From Dehalococcoidia bacterium (GTDB taxonomy: Bacteria > Chloroflexota > Dehalococcoidia > Lucifugimonadales > UBA3495): 35,059 nucleotides of DNA. Shown one piece after another: positions 8,974 through 16,810 of the stretch. Numbering within the stretch: the first letter of the stretch is position 1; every line of letters starts with the position of its first letter. The position numbers were made by a program, and so were the translations under genes. Where the stretch lies: contig DASTLM010000374.1 in NCBI GenBank assembly GCA_035714945.1, positions 1-35,059 on the forward strand, given 5' to 3'. The notes below the pieces were generated by a model. That model saw only the letters and a list, made by a program, of their open reading frames with translations, was not told the DNA's origin and did not search any database.

Positions 8974-9884
8974 AGCGAAAAATCCACGTAACGCTCACCG
9001 ATATCCGGTAGCACGGTAACCACGACCCGACCCGGGCCCAATTCCCTGGCAATGTTTAGTGCGGCGAACACGTTGGCCCCCGAAGATATACCCACTAGCA
9101 GGCCTTCCTCCCTGGCCAGTCTCCGACACATCTGGCCAGCCTCTTCATCAGTCACCTGCGTTATCCCATCCAGCAGGTTCCGGTCCAACAGCGGGGGCAC
9201 GAAATCTGCGCCAATGCCCGGTATCATGTGACGCCCCGCCAGGCCGCTGCTCAAAACCGGGGACCCGGCAGGCTCCACCGCAATAATTCGGACCCTCGGA
9301 TTCACTTCTTTGAGACGCCTTCCCACCCCGGTGATGGTGCCGCCGGTGCCCACCGCCGCCACAAACGCGTCTACTTCACAGTCGGCTGCTTCAATAATTT
9401 CCTGGGCGGTGTTCTGGTAGTGGGCCTGCACTACTTGAGCGTCGTTAAAAATATCCAGCAAGAGGCTATCCGGACTGGAAGCGGCATAGGTTGTGGCGGC
9501 TTCAGTGGCACCCTGCATCCCCAGGTTGGGGGAGGTCAACCTAACTTCGGCCCCGTAACGTTCCACCAGGCGACGCAGGTTCAGCGGGGCGTTGCTGGGC
9601 ATGAAAATCGTCAGTCGGTACCCTTTGGCCGCGGCAACCATTGCCAGCGCAACACCGCTGTTGCCGCTGGTCGCCCAGATCAATATCGACGACGCAGAAA
9701 CCAACCCTTGCCTTTCGGCGTTTTCCACCACCGCCAGGGCGATCCGGTCTTTGACACTGCCGCTGGGATTGCGGCTTTCCAGCTTGGCCAGGAGGCGCGC
9801 TGAACCAGGTTCAATCACATGGCTCAGGGCCAGCAAAGGTGTGCCGCCAATCAGGTCCAGCACGCTTGTAATCAACTGGGCCAC
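8970..9884 (-). CDS. cysK: cysteine synthase (O-acetylserine sulfhydrylase)
   Basis: LIGGTPL, the PLP-lysine motif SVKDRIA, SGNSGVALA and GTGGTITG. The start is GTG at 9884. I cannot separate CysK from CysM. Confidence 0.9.
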   Translation of the reverse strand: MAQLITSVLDLIGGTPLLALSHVIEPGSARLLAKLESRNPSGSVKDRIALAVVENAERQGLVSASSILIWATSGNSGVALAMVAAAKGYRLTIFMPSNAPLNLRRLVERYGAEVRLTSPNLGMQGATEAATTYAASSPDSLLLDIFNDAQVVQAHYQNTAQEIIEAADCEVDAFVAAVGTGGTITGVGRRLKEVNPRVRIIAVEPAGSPVLSSGLAGRHMIPGIGADFVPPLLDRNLLDGITQVTDEEAGQMCRRLAREEGLLVGISSGANVFAALNIARELGPGRVVVTVLPDIGERYVDFSL

Positions 9885-9885
9885 G

Positions 9886-9937
9886 AAATCTCCTCAGCAA
9901 ATCTCCACAGCAAATCTCCACAGCAAATCTCCTCAGG
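9886..9937 (-). repeat. 13-nt tandem repeat x4 immediately upstream of the cysK start; each unit carries an SD-like GAGGAG or GTGGAG
   Basis: The minus strand reads cctgaggagattt gctgtggagattt gctgtggagattt gctgaggagattt c GTG. Confidence 0.95.
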
Positions 9938-10066
9938 AATCCTCCCCGGAGTTCCCTGGAATCCACTCTGGAGCGGTGGGGTTGGAGTGATGGAGTAGAG
10001 GAAGTTTGGCACACTTTTTAGACCAGCGTCAACCACCCAAAAATAGCCGCTATTCCTCAACTTTGG

Positions 10067-10075
10067 TGCTATAAT
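10067..10075 (+). promoter_or_regulatory. candidate extended -10 promoter (TGcTATAAT) for the kinase-like/PP2C pair
   Basis: TGCTATAAT lies about 60 nt upstream of the ATG at 10137. There is no good -35. Confidence 0.35.
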
Positions 10076-10136
10076 TGCCCTGGGCAAATTCTGGCCGTAC
10101 CTGCCGGTCCCTTCCCGCAACGCAATAACGCCACTG

Positions 10137-11177
10137 ATGGAACAGGTAGAACTACAACGTTACCAGATAACTGGACTGCTGGGCACCGGCGCCGACTATG
10201 ATGTTCGGGCCGCCATCGACCAGGAAACCCGACAGCAGGTGGTTCTGAAACGCCCGGTGCCCCAAGCGATCAGCCGCCAGATGCACGGCCCCATTGAAGC
10301 CCGCACCGACCGCACCCTCCAGTTGTACCAGGATTTGGGCAATCAGATTCCCCATTTGGCGCCGGTACTTGGCTATTCGGCCCGGGCGAACCATGACCGC
10401 TACTACGGCGATTCTCTAGGCCAGGAATACCGGGTTCTGGTGGTGGCCAGAGCGCAGGGCATCCCTCTGGCGGGGGACGTTCGGGCGCGAATCTTGAAGG
10501 TACCCATTGGTCTGGGGCAAAACCTGTTCGCTTTACATCCATTGCCTTACCTGGCCAGTGACCCACCCTTTGGGGTACAGCAGCAGCTGGTTGACCTGCA
10601 GGAACGGTTCTTCGATGCCGGCTACGTGCTGTTGGATCAGGGCCCACAGAATATTTTTTACCAACCGGCCACCAACAGCATCACAATCATTGATTCCGGT
10701 GACCTGGTCGCCCCGCTTGAGCCGAGTAGCTCAAGAAGTAGCAGCTCAAGAAGTCGGCGGCACCGGGACATCCACGATTTCTACCTGGAAGTTCTCAAGT
10801 TTTACATCGTTCCCCAGCTTCCTCCCCGAGCAGCCGCTGGTTACCGCGACCCTTATGGAATGCGCCCGGTAATTTCCCTGGAGGAAGAACTGGACGAATT
10901 GGCCAGACGATTTGGCAATTTTGCCGACCCGGCCCGGAACGCCGCGCTCTACCTGATCGCCAAGGTGCGGGATCGGGCTTATACTGATTTTGGGGATTTC
11001 AGAAAGGACTTGACGGGCTATTTAGAGGAAGTTAGAATCCGCAACCGGACCCTTACCAACCTGGATGAAGCCAAACAGGCTTGGCGTGACGCACTACAAT
11101 TACTCCACGAAGAATACTGGCGCCGTTACCTGTTCAACCCGATTACTGACCTGGCCGCATTCGATACATTTGTTTAG
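10137..11177 (+). CDS. atypical protein-kinase-like protein with an uncharacterised C-terminal domain
   Basis: G-loop-like LLGTGADYDV, VVLKRP (VAIK-like Lys), LLDQGPQNIF in place of HRDLKPENI (D and N kept), and IIDSGDL in place of DFG. About 150 aa at the C-terminus have no motif I recognise. Confidence 0.6.
   Translation: MEQVELQRYQITGLLGTGADYDVRAAIDQETRQQVVLKRPVPQAISRQMHGPIEARTDRTLQLYQDLGNQIPHLAPVLGYSARANHDRYYGDSLGQEYRVLVVARAQGIPLAGDVRARILKVPIGLGQNLFALHPLPYLASDPPFGVQQQLVDLQERFFDAGYVLLDQGPQNIFYQPATNSITIIDSGDLVAPLEPSSSRSSSSRSRRHRDIHDFYLEVLKFYIVPQLPPRAAAGYRDPYGMRPVISLEEELDELARRFGNFADPARNAALYLIAKVRDRAYTDFGDFRKDLTGYLEEVRIRNRTLTNLDEAKQAWRDALQLLHEEYWRRYLFNPITDLAAFDTFV
10725..10754 (+). repeat. 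15-nt tandem duplication encoding SSSRS-SSSRS inside the kinase-like CDS
   Basis: agtagctcaagaagt / agcagctcaagaagt, in frame. Confidence 0.9.
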
Positions 11178-11225
11178 CGCCCGAACATTTGCTAAACCCC
11201 AAAGGGGATTTTAAGGAAGCCCGCT

Positions 11226-11921
11226 ATGATTGCCAGCACGTACTCCAGTTTCCAAGACAACTCTTCTCATGGAGAGGACTCCTTTCTGGTCAAAGACCTG
11301 GGCGACGGCAGTTTTCTGGACGTGGTCCTGGATGGAGTCACCGGGCACGGTGGTGAAGAGGCCAGCAGTTCAGTGGCCAACGCGCTTAACGCGGCGACCA
11401 TTAACACGCTGGAGGATGTGGTCAAAGTGCTTGAAGAGATGAATGCCGAGTTCTATCAGGTGGGCGGGGGACGTTTCCTGCTAACCACCGTGTCGGCGGC
11501 CATGTATCGGGGTGACCGAATCTACGCCATCAATGCCGGTGACAGTCCCATCTATCACGTAAGGTCCGATACCCACCAGCAATTGGCGGGGAGAGTGGGT
11601 GGATTGCTCCGCCCCGGCGGCACCAAGGTAATTGGCGGAGAAGAGCATCTGAATCTGTACCGTACCGAGGTGGAAGTCAAACCCGGCGACAAGCTGATCG
11701 TGGCCAGCGATGGCGTCAGTGACAACGTGCGTGTCTCCGAGTTGGTGGACATCATCAGGAAAGCATCCTCCCCGGAAGAAGCCGCGCAAATGGTCAAAGG
11801 CCGCATCGACCTTCACCTGGAACAGGGTCTGGCCCCTGAGTTGCTGGGTGCCAGGTATCGCCACGACGACCAGACCGCCATCTTCCGTTTCTTTGGCGCC
11901 AGCGTTAAAGTAAGCCAATGA
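11226..11921 (+). CDS. PP2C-family (PPM/SpoIIE-like) protein phosphatase
   Basis: EDSFLV, LDGVTGHGGEEAS, INAGDSPIY, IVASDGVSDNV and HDDQTAIF correspond to PPM motifs. An AAGGAAG SD precedes the start. Confidence 0.8.
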   Translation: MIASTYSSFQDNSSHGEDSFLVKDLGDGSFLDVVLDGVTGHGGEEASSSVANALNAATINTLEDVVKVLEEMNAEFYQVGGGRFLLTTVSAAMYRGDRIYAINAGDSPIYHVRSDTHQQLAGRVGGLLRPGGTKVIGGEEHLNLYRTEVEVKPGDKLIVASDGVSDNVRVSELVDIIRKASSPEEAAQMVKGRIDLHLEQGLAPELLGARYRHDDQTAIFRFFGASVKVSQ

Positions 11922-12056
11922 CATGAGCCGCCCAACAGTTTAACCTGCTTCGGCCAGGATGCCGGCGGCATTACCACGGCAAAGTAGTCCATTAGTACCT
12001 TCACCTGGCGGCCGACAACGTTTATGATACGTCGACAAGAACGGTTAGACATTTAC

Positions 12057-12081
12057 GTTAATATTAACCGTTGATATCAAC
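12057..12081. promoter_or_regulatory. two adjacent perfect 12-bp palindromes (GTTAATATTAAC, GTTGATATCAAC); candidate operator upstream of ino1
   Basis: Both sites are self-complementary and share GTTrATATyAAC. One bp separates them, and they end 13 bp upstream of the candidate -35. Confidence 0.4.
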
Positions 12082-12093
12082 CCGGAAACCTTC

Positions 12094-12122
12094 TTGTTAG
12101 AAAAACCTTAACCTGTTAAAAT
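12094..12122 (+). promoter_or_regulatory. candidate sigma70-type promoter of the ino1 cluster
   Basis: TTGTTA - 17 nt - TAAAAT, about 50 nt upstream of the TTG start at 12174. Confidence 0.5.
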
Positions 12123-12173
12123 GCACCCGCTTGCCAGCAGCATAAGCCTCGGCGATCAGGAAGGAGCAGAGAT

Positions 12174-13259
12174 TTGGGGAAAATCAAGGTAGCCATCATC
12201 GGGGTGGGCAATTGTGCTTCATCTCTGGTTCAGGGCGTCAATAAGTATGTAGAATTGCCCGAGAATGAAGACGTCCCCGGGGTCATGCACACCCGAATCG
12301 GAGAATATCGAATTGAGGACATCGAAGTTGTCGCGGCATTTGACATCGACGAAAACAAGGTGGGTAAAGACCTCTCCGAGGCCATCTATTGCCAGCCCAA
12401 CAACACCCTCAAATTCGCCGAGGTTCCACGAACCGGAGTAATCGTCCAGCGCGGGATGACTCACGATGGCATTGGCAAGTATGTCTCCCACCTGGTCAAA
12501 AAATCCAATCATTCCACTGCCGACATATCCGGCATCCTCAAAGAACGGGAAGTTGATATCGTCATTAATTACCTGCCGGTGGGCAGTGAAATGGCCACGA
12601 AATGGTACGTTGAGCAAGTCCTGGACGCCAGGTGCGGATTCATCAACTGCATACCGGTGTTTATGGCCAAAGAAGCGTACTGGCGGGGCCGCTTTGAGGA
12701 GCGTGGTCTGCCCATCATCGGGGACGATATCAAGTCCCAGGTCGGCGCGACCATTCTCCACCGGTTACTGACCCGCCTTTTCGAAGACCGGGGTGCAACC
12801 ATCGAAAACACCTATCAGTTGAACTTCGGCGGCAACACCGATTTTCTGAACATGCTGGAGCGGGAACGGCTGATCTCCAAGAAGATCTCCAAGACCGGTG
12901 CCGTCACCTCTCAAATGGATGAGCAAATTTCGGCAGATCAAGTCCACATCGGCCCCAGCGACCACGTGCCCTGGCTGCTGGACCGCAAGTGGTGCTACAT
13001 CCGCATGGAGGGCAAAATCTTCGGGGGAGCGCCGATCAACATTGAAACTAAACTGGAGGTATGGGATAGTCCCAACTCGGCCGGAGTGGTGGTGGACGCC
13101 ATCCGCTGCGCCAAGTTGGCCCTGGACCGGGGAGAGGGGGGCGCGATATATGGGCCCAGCGCATACTTTATGAAATCGCCTCCCGTCCAGTACACCGATG
13201 ATGTGGCCCGTCAGATGGTTGAGGACTTTATTAGCGCCAAGGGCACCCTCAGTTATTAA
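12174..13259 (+). CDS. ino1: myo-inositol-1-phosphate synthase
   Basis: [18 protein letters not shown] is the Rossmann N-terminus typical of bacterial/archaeal MIPS, and the 361 aa length fits. The TTG start follows a GGAAGGAG SD. Confidence 0.92.
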   Translation: MGKIKVAIIGVGNCASSLVQGVNKYVELPENEDVPGVMHTRIGEYRIEDIEVVAAFDIDENKVGKDLSEAIYCQPNNTLKFAEVPRTGVIVQRGMTHDGIGKYVSHLVKKSNHSTADISGILKEREVDIVINYLPVGSEMATKWYVEQVLDARCGFINCIPVFMAKEAYWRGRFEERGLPIIGDDIKSQVGATILHRLLTRLFEDRGATIENTYQLNFGGNTDFLNMLERERLISKKISKTGAVTSQMDEQISADQVHIGPSDHVPWLLDRKWCYIRMEGKIFGGAPINIETKLEVWDSPNSAGVVVDAIRCAKLALDRGEGGAIYGPSAYFMKSPPVQYTDDVARQMVEDFISAKGTLSY

Positions 13260-13283
13260 TTGTTGGGAGAGGGGGGTAGGTGG

Positions 13284-14453
13284 ATGAATCGCTTAAAAAT
13301 AGCGATGGTATCTCCCTATGATTTTACCTGGCCCGGGGGCGTGACCGCTCACGTGTCCCAACTTAGCAACGAACTGCGCCGGTTTGGGCATCAGGTTCAA
13401 GTACTGGCGCCGCATTCGCCTTCAAGACAGGGTGACGATACTACTCCCTTCGTTCCTCTTGGGCGTTCGGTCCCCCTGCCCAGCGGCGGTTCGGTGGCTC
13501 GAGTCTCTTTGTCCTGGTGGCTCTACCGGAGGATCCGCTCTCTGTTGGAGCGGGAGTCCTTCGACATTATTCACCTGCACGAACCCCTGGCGCCAGTACT
13601 GCCATTGTGCGTACTGGAAGCTTCCAATGCCGTAAACATTGGTACCTTTCACGCCTACTACAAACGTCAGCACCTGTACCGGCTGAGCCACCCGATCATC
13701 AAGCGATGGCACGACCGACTGCATGGCCGCATCGCGGTGTCTCCGGTGGCGCAGCGCTACGTCAACAAATTTTTTCCCCGGGAGTATCGAATTATTCCCA
13801 ATGGCATTGACGTTGACCACTTTGCCAGGAACCCCCAACCTTGGCCCCAGTATCAAGATGGCAAGACCAACATCCTCTTCGTGGGAAGGCTGGAAAAGCG
13901 CAAGGGATTGCGATATTTGTTGGATGCTTACAGCCGCCTGCAAAGAGAACTTCCCAAGACCCGATTGCTGGTAGTTGGGCCGGGCAGTCCCGATAAAGAG
14001 TCGCACCGTATTCTCAGCGCACGCAACCCTCGGGACGTAGTGATGGTGGGCAAGGTATCGTATCGGGACCTGGCCCGATACTATGCTACCGCCGATATTT
14101 TCTGCTCGCCGGCCACCGGAGCGGAGAGCTTCGGAATCGTGCTGCTGGAGGCAATGGCCGCCGGCAAATCGGTGGTCGCATCGGACATCGAAGGTTACAA
14201 CGGCATTGTATCCCATGGCAAGCAGGGGTTGCTCGTCCCCAAACGTGACCCTCAAGCCTTGTTCGAATCGCTGTCCTACCTGGCCAACAACCCTGACCTT
14301 CGGGCCAGGATGGGAATCCAGGGTCAGCAAATGGTTCAGCAATACCGCTGGAGTTCAGTGACCCGCCGGGTGGAAGAATATTATTACGAAACCATGGAAA
14401 CCGTCCAACAGACGTGGGAAGGGAATGGCCGTTCTGGGAAGAGAGCAGTTTAG
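13284..14453 (+). CDS. GT4-family glycosyltransferase (PimA-like mannosyltransferase candidate)
   Basis: MVSPYDFTWPGGV N-terminus and C-terminal ESFGIVLLEAMAAGKSVVASDIEG (EX7E-type). The ATG at 13284 has a GGTAGGTGG SD. The longer ORF from 13260 is less likely. Confidence 0.85.
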   Translation: MNRLKIAMVSPYDFTWPGGVTAHVSQLSNELRRFGHQVQVLAPHSPSRQGDDTTPFVPLGRSVPLPSGGSVARVSLSWWLYRRIRSLLERESFDIIHLHEPLAPVLPLCVLEASNAVNIGTFHAYYKRQHLYRLSHPIIKRWHDRLHGRIAVSPVAQRYVNKFFPREYRIIPNGIDVDHFARNPQPWPQYQDGKTNILFVGRLEKRKGLRYLLDAYSRLQRELPKTRLLVVGPGSPDKESHRILSARNPRDVVMVGKVSYRDLARYYATADIFCSPATGAESFGIVLLEAMAAGKSVVASDIEGYNGIVSHGKQGLLVPKRDPQALFESLSYLANNPDLRARMGIQGQQMVQQYRWSSVTRRVEEYYYETMETVQQTWEGNGRSGKRAV

Positions 14454-15054
14454 GTCGGCGATGTTCCAGTACGTGGAGTTGCCCGGCGCCCGTTTTTTTC
14501 GCACCCTCGGGCTCACGCCCAACTCTATAACTCTGCTGGGGTTCGCGATTTGCGTAGCCGCCGCCTTTCTGGTCGGTTATGGTTGGCTGTTGATCGGGGG
14601 CGTCGTTTTCCTGGTGGGTGGAGGTCTGGACCTGTTCGATGGAGCGCTGGCCCGCCTCACCGACAAGGCTAGCCCCTTTGGAGCCCTGCTGGACTCGGTA
14701 TTCGACCGGCTGGGAGAAGCTAGTTTGTTCGTGGGACTGTCCATTTACGGCCTGCGGGCCGATTTCGCAGAACCCTTCAGGCTATTTTTCCTGACGGCTC
14801 TGCTGCTGGCCCTGATTTTTTCCCAGGGCGTCAGCTATCTACGGGCCAGGGGCGAGGGTTTGGGAGTGTTTACCAGGGCCGGAGTGATGACCCGTACCGA
14901 ACGGGTGATTATCCTCGGCGTCGGCCTGATCATTGACCATTTTCTTGGCTTCAGCTTCATCGTCTGGGTGCTGGTCGCCATTGCCGGCGTTTCCTGCTTC
15001 ACCCTGTTGCAACGGATGTTTACCATCCGAAATATGCTGGACAAAGCTGGATAA
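14425..15054 (+). CDS. CDP-alcohol phosphatidyltransferase (phosphatidylinositol-phosphate synthase candidate)
   Basis: Family signature DLFDGALARLTDKASPFGALLDSVFDRLGE plus multiple TM helices. The start could instead be ATG 14461. Confidence 0.85.
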   Translation: MAVLGREQFRSAMFQYVELPGARFFRTLGLTPNSITLLGFAICVAAAFLVGYGWLLIGGVVFLVGGGLDLFDGALARLTDKASPFGALLDSVFDRLGEASLFVGLSIYGLRADFAEPFRLFFLTALLLALIFSQGVSYLRARGEGLGVFTRAGVMTRTERVIILGVGLIIDHFLGFSFIVWVLVAIAGVSCFTLLQRMFTIRNMLDKAG

Positions 15055-15057
15055 CCT

Positions 15058-15176
15058 CCAGCTTCCCGTGTAAACTGTAGCCGACCGGCGGTTCGTGGCG
15101 TTGCGCCGGAAACTCAGCCCATCACTGCCGGCGCGGTCCGGGAGCCGGCGTTGGCGGACAAAGTTTGGTTAGCTGG
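15058..15176 (+). promoter_or_regulatory. candidate (degenerate) FMN riboswitch upstream of ribH
   Basis: CCGACCGGCGGT at 15081-15092 matches the conserved RFN core. AGCCC..GCGCGGT and GGCGGACAAAGTTTGG resemble the AGCCCG..CGCGGT and GCCGACAGTGAAAGTCTGG segments. CCAGCT (15058) and AGCTGG (15171) can close P1. The P2 hairpin is not convincing. Confidence 0.4.
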
Positions 15177-15248
15177 TGTATCCGGTCCTGAATACGAAAG
15201 CGTCTCGCCCGGGTAATCGCGATTGAATACTCGCCAGGAGAAGACAAA

Positions 15249-15722
15249 GTGCCCAGAGAATTGAAGGTGGAAATGAGCGGCCAGGGTCTTAGAGTAGCCG
15301 TGGTGGTCGCCAGATTCAACCAGTTTGTGACCGGGAGGTTATTGGAAGGCGCCATCGAAACTCTGACCCGTCATGGCGTCAGAGATGATGACATCACCTT
15401 GGCCTGGGTCCCCGGGTCCTTCGAATTGCCGGTGGTTGCCAAGTCCTTCGGCACCAGCGGGCAGTACGACGCCGTAATCTGCCTGGGGGCGGTGATCCGA
15501 GGGGAGACCGACCACTACGAAATGGTGGCGAACCAGGCCGCTGCCGGTATCAGCGCCGCCGGCCGAGAAACCGGCATACCCACGGTATTTGGCGTTCTCA
15601 CCACCGATAATATGGAACAGGCCATCAATCGCGCCGGGGGCAAGTCGGGGAACCTGGGCAGCAACGCAGCGTCAGCCGCCATCGAGACCGCCCGGCTGGT
15701 GCAGGCCATCAAGACCGCTTGA
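15249..15722 (+). CDS. ribH: 6,7-dimethyl-8-ribityllumazine synthase
   Basis: RVAVVVARFNQFVT, VPGSFELP and ICLGAVIRGETDHYE. The GTG start follows an AGGAGAAG SD. Confidence 0.95.
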   Translation: MPRELKVEMSGQGLRVAVVVARFNQFVTGRLLEGAIETLTRHGVRDDDITLAWVPGSFELPVVAKSFGTSGQYDAVICLGAVIRGETDHYEMVANQAAAGISAAGRETGIPTVFGVLTTDNMEQAINRAGGKSGNLGSNAASAAIETARLVQAIKTA

Positions 15723-15747
15723 ATTCAACCAGTTAGGGAAGGGGATT

Positions 15748-16668
15748 ATGAAGTTTGGTGTAACCGTACCCAACAACTGGGGAATCGCCGACCCCCAGCA
15801 GGTACTGGCCTTTGGCCCGCTGGCCGAGGACCTGGGGTACGACTCGGTCTGGGTGATGGACCATCTGTTCAATAACGGGTACATTCGACAGCGACTGGAC
15901 GGGAAACCATATTATCATCCCCTGGCAATCCTCTCCCACCTGTCGGCAACCACCAAAACTGTGCTGCTGGGCACCTCGGTGCTGGTGCTGCCGTATCACA
16001 ACCCCATCGAACTGGCCAAATACACCGCCACCCTGGACCAAATGTCCGGGGGCCGGGTTACCCTGGGTGTGGGCGTGGGCGCCATGACCGAGGAGTTCGA
16101 AGCGTTGGGCATACCCATGAAGCAGCGCGGTGCGCTGACCAACGAGTGCATCGCGATCATGAAGGAACTGTGGACTGGCGAAGACCCCAGCTACCACAGT
16201 CGCCGCTGGAACTTCGCCGACCTCAAGTTCTCGCCCAAGCCAGTGCAAAAGCCCCACATCCCCATCTGGGTCGGCGGGGCCAGCCCGGGAGCCCTGAAAC
16301 GCGCTGCCACTCTGGGCGACGGCTGGCATCCCTCGGGAGTTGCCGCCGAGGACTACAGCATCAGCCGCCGCGCGATTCAGGAATCAGCCAGAGCCGCGGG
16401 GCGAAGCCCGGAGTCTTTGACCTGGTCGGCTCGAGTAGAGGTAGAGGCCCACGGCGCTCCCTCCAGCGACCGGGCCGCCGCTCGCGCGCGCATCTCGGGG
16501 GACAACGTGGACCAGATGATCGCCGGCATCGCCGCCTACCAGACCGCCGGGGTAGAGCACATTGTCCTGGCGTTGAACACCCGGGAAGTTCCCAGGATCA
16601 CCGAGTTGATGGAGACCATCGCTCGGCGAGGGATCCCCGGGTTTCGCGAGGGATCCCCGGGTTTCTAG
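15748..16668 (+). CDS. LLM-class (luciferase-like) flavin/F420-dependent oxidoreductase
   Basis: MKFGVTVPN and YDSVWVMDHL suggest a TIM-barrel LLM. The ATG at 15748 has a GGGAAGGGG SD. The ORF extension back to 15589 overlaps ribH and is rejected. Confidence 0.85.
   Translation: MKFGVTVPNNWGIADPQQVLAFGPLAEDLGYDSVWVMDHLFNNGYIRQRLDGKPYYHPLAILSHLSATTKTVLLGTSVLVLPYHNPIELAKYTATLDQMSGGRVTLGVGVGAMTEEFEALGIPMKQRGALTNECIAIMKELWTGEDPSYHSRRWNFADLKFSPKPVQKPHIPIWVGGASPGALKRAATLGDGWHPSGVAAEDYSISRRAIQESARAAGRSPESLTWSARVEVEAHGAPSSDRAAARARISGDNVDQMIAGIAAYQTAGVEHIVLALNTREVPRITELMETIARRGIPGFREGSPGF
16627..16666 (+). repeat. 20-nt tandem duplication (cgagggatccccgggtttc) at the 3' end of the LLM oxidoreductase CDS
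   Basis: Two copies lie directly before the TAG. The unit length is not a multiple of 3, so the two copies are read in different frames (RGIPGFR / EGSPGF). Confidence 0.95.
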
Positions 16669-16810
16669 GTTATTACCGGTAATACCAAATCGCTTTGCTG
16701 GTGTTATCAACCCAGCCCGCGGTTCCTGAGCAGGTCGAAGGGCGGCGGCCCGAAGTCCCCGGATGGTTCGACCGGCCCATTCCACGAAGTCCAAGGCCCT
16801 TCCGCCAGAA

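Noticed and set aside
8893-9937. Tandem repeat arrays as possible CRISPR arrays
   Set aside because: The units are contiguous with no spacers, are only 13-18 nt long with at most 5 copies, and there are no cas genes in the window.
13422-14342. 306-aa ORF antisense to the GT4 glycosyltransferase
   Set aside because: Same reasoning. The plus strand encodes a coherent GT-B enzyme.
15589-15747. N-terminal extensions of ORFs (15589 for the LLM enzyme, 27355 for GMC, 6675 for dnaJ, 21822 for the orphan, 18343 for the DUF4129 protein)
   Set aside because: The extensions overlap upstream genes or run through non-coding repeats. Internal starts have SDs and give canonical N-termini.
16631-16661. GGATCCCCGGG (a BamHI/SmaI polylinker-like string) present twice, raising the possibility of vector contamination
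   Set aside because: Only 11 nt match, the flanks are not vector-like, and the string lies in frame at the end of a coherent native ORF within a 20-nt duplication.
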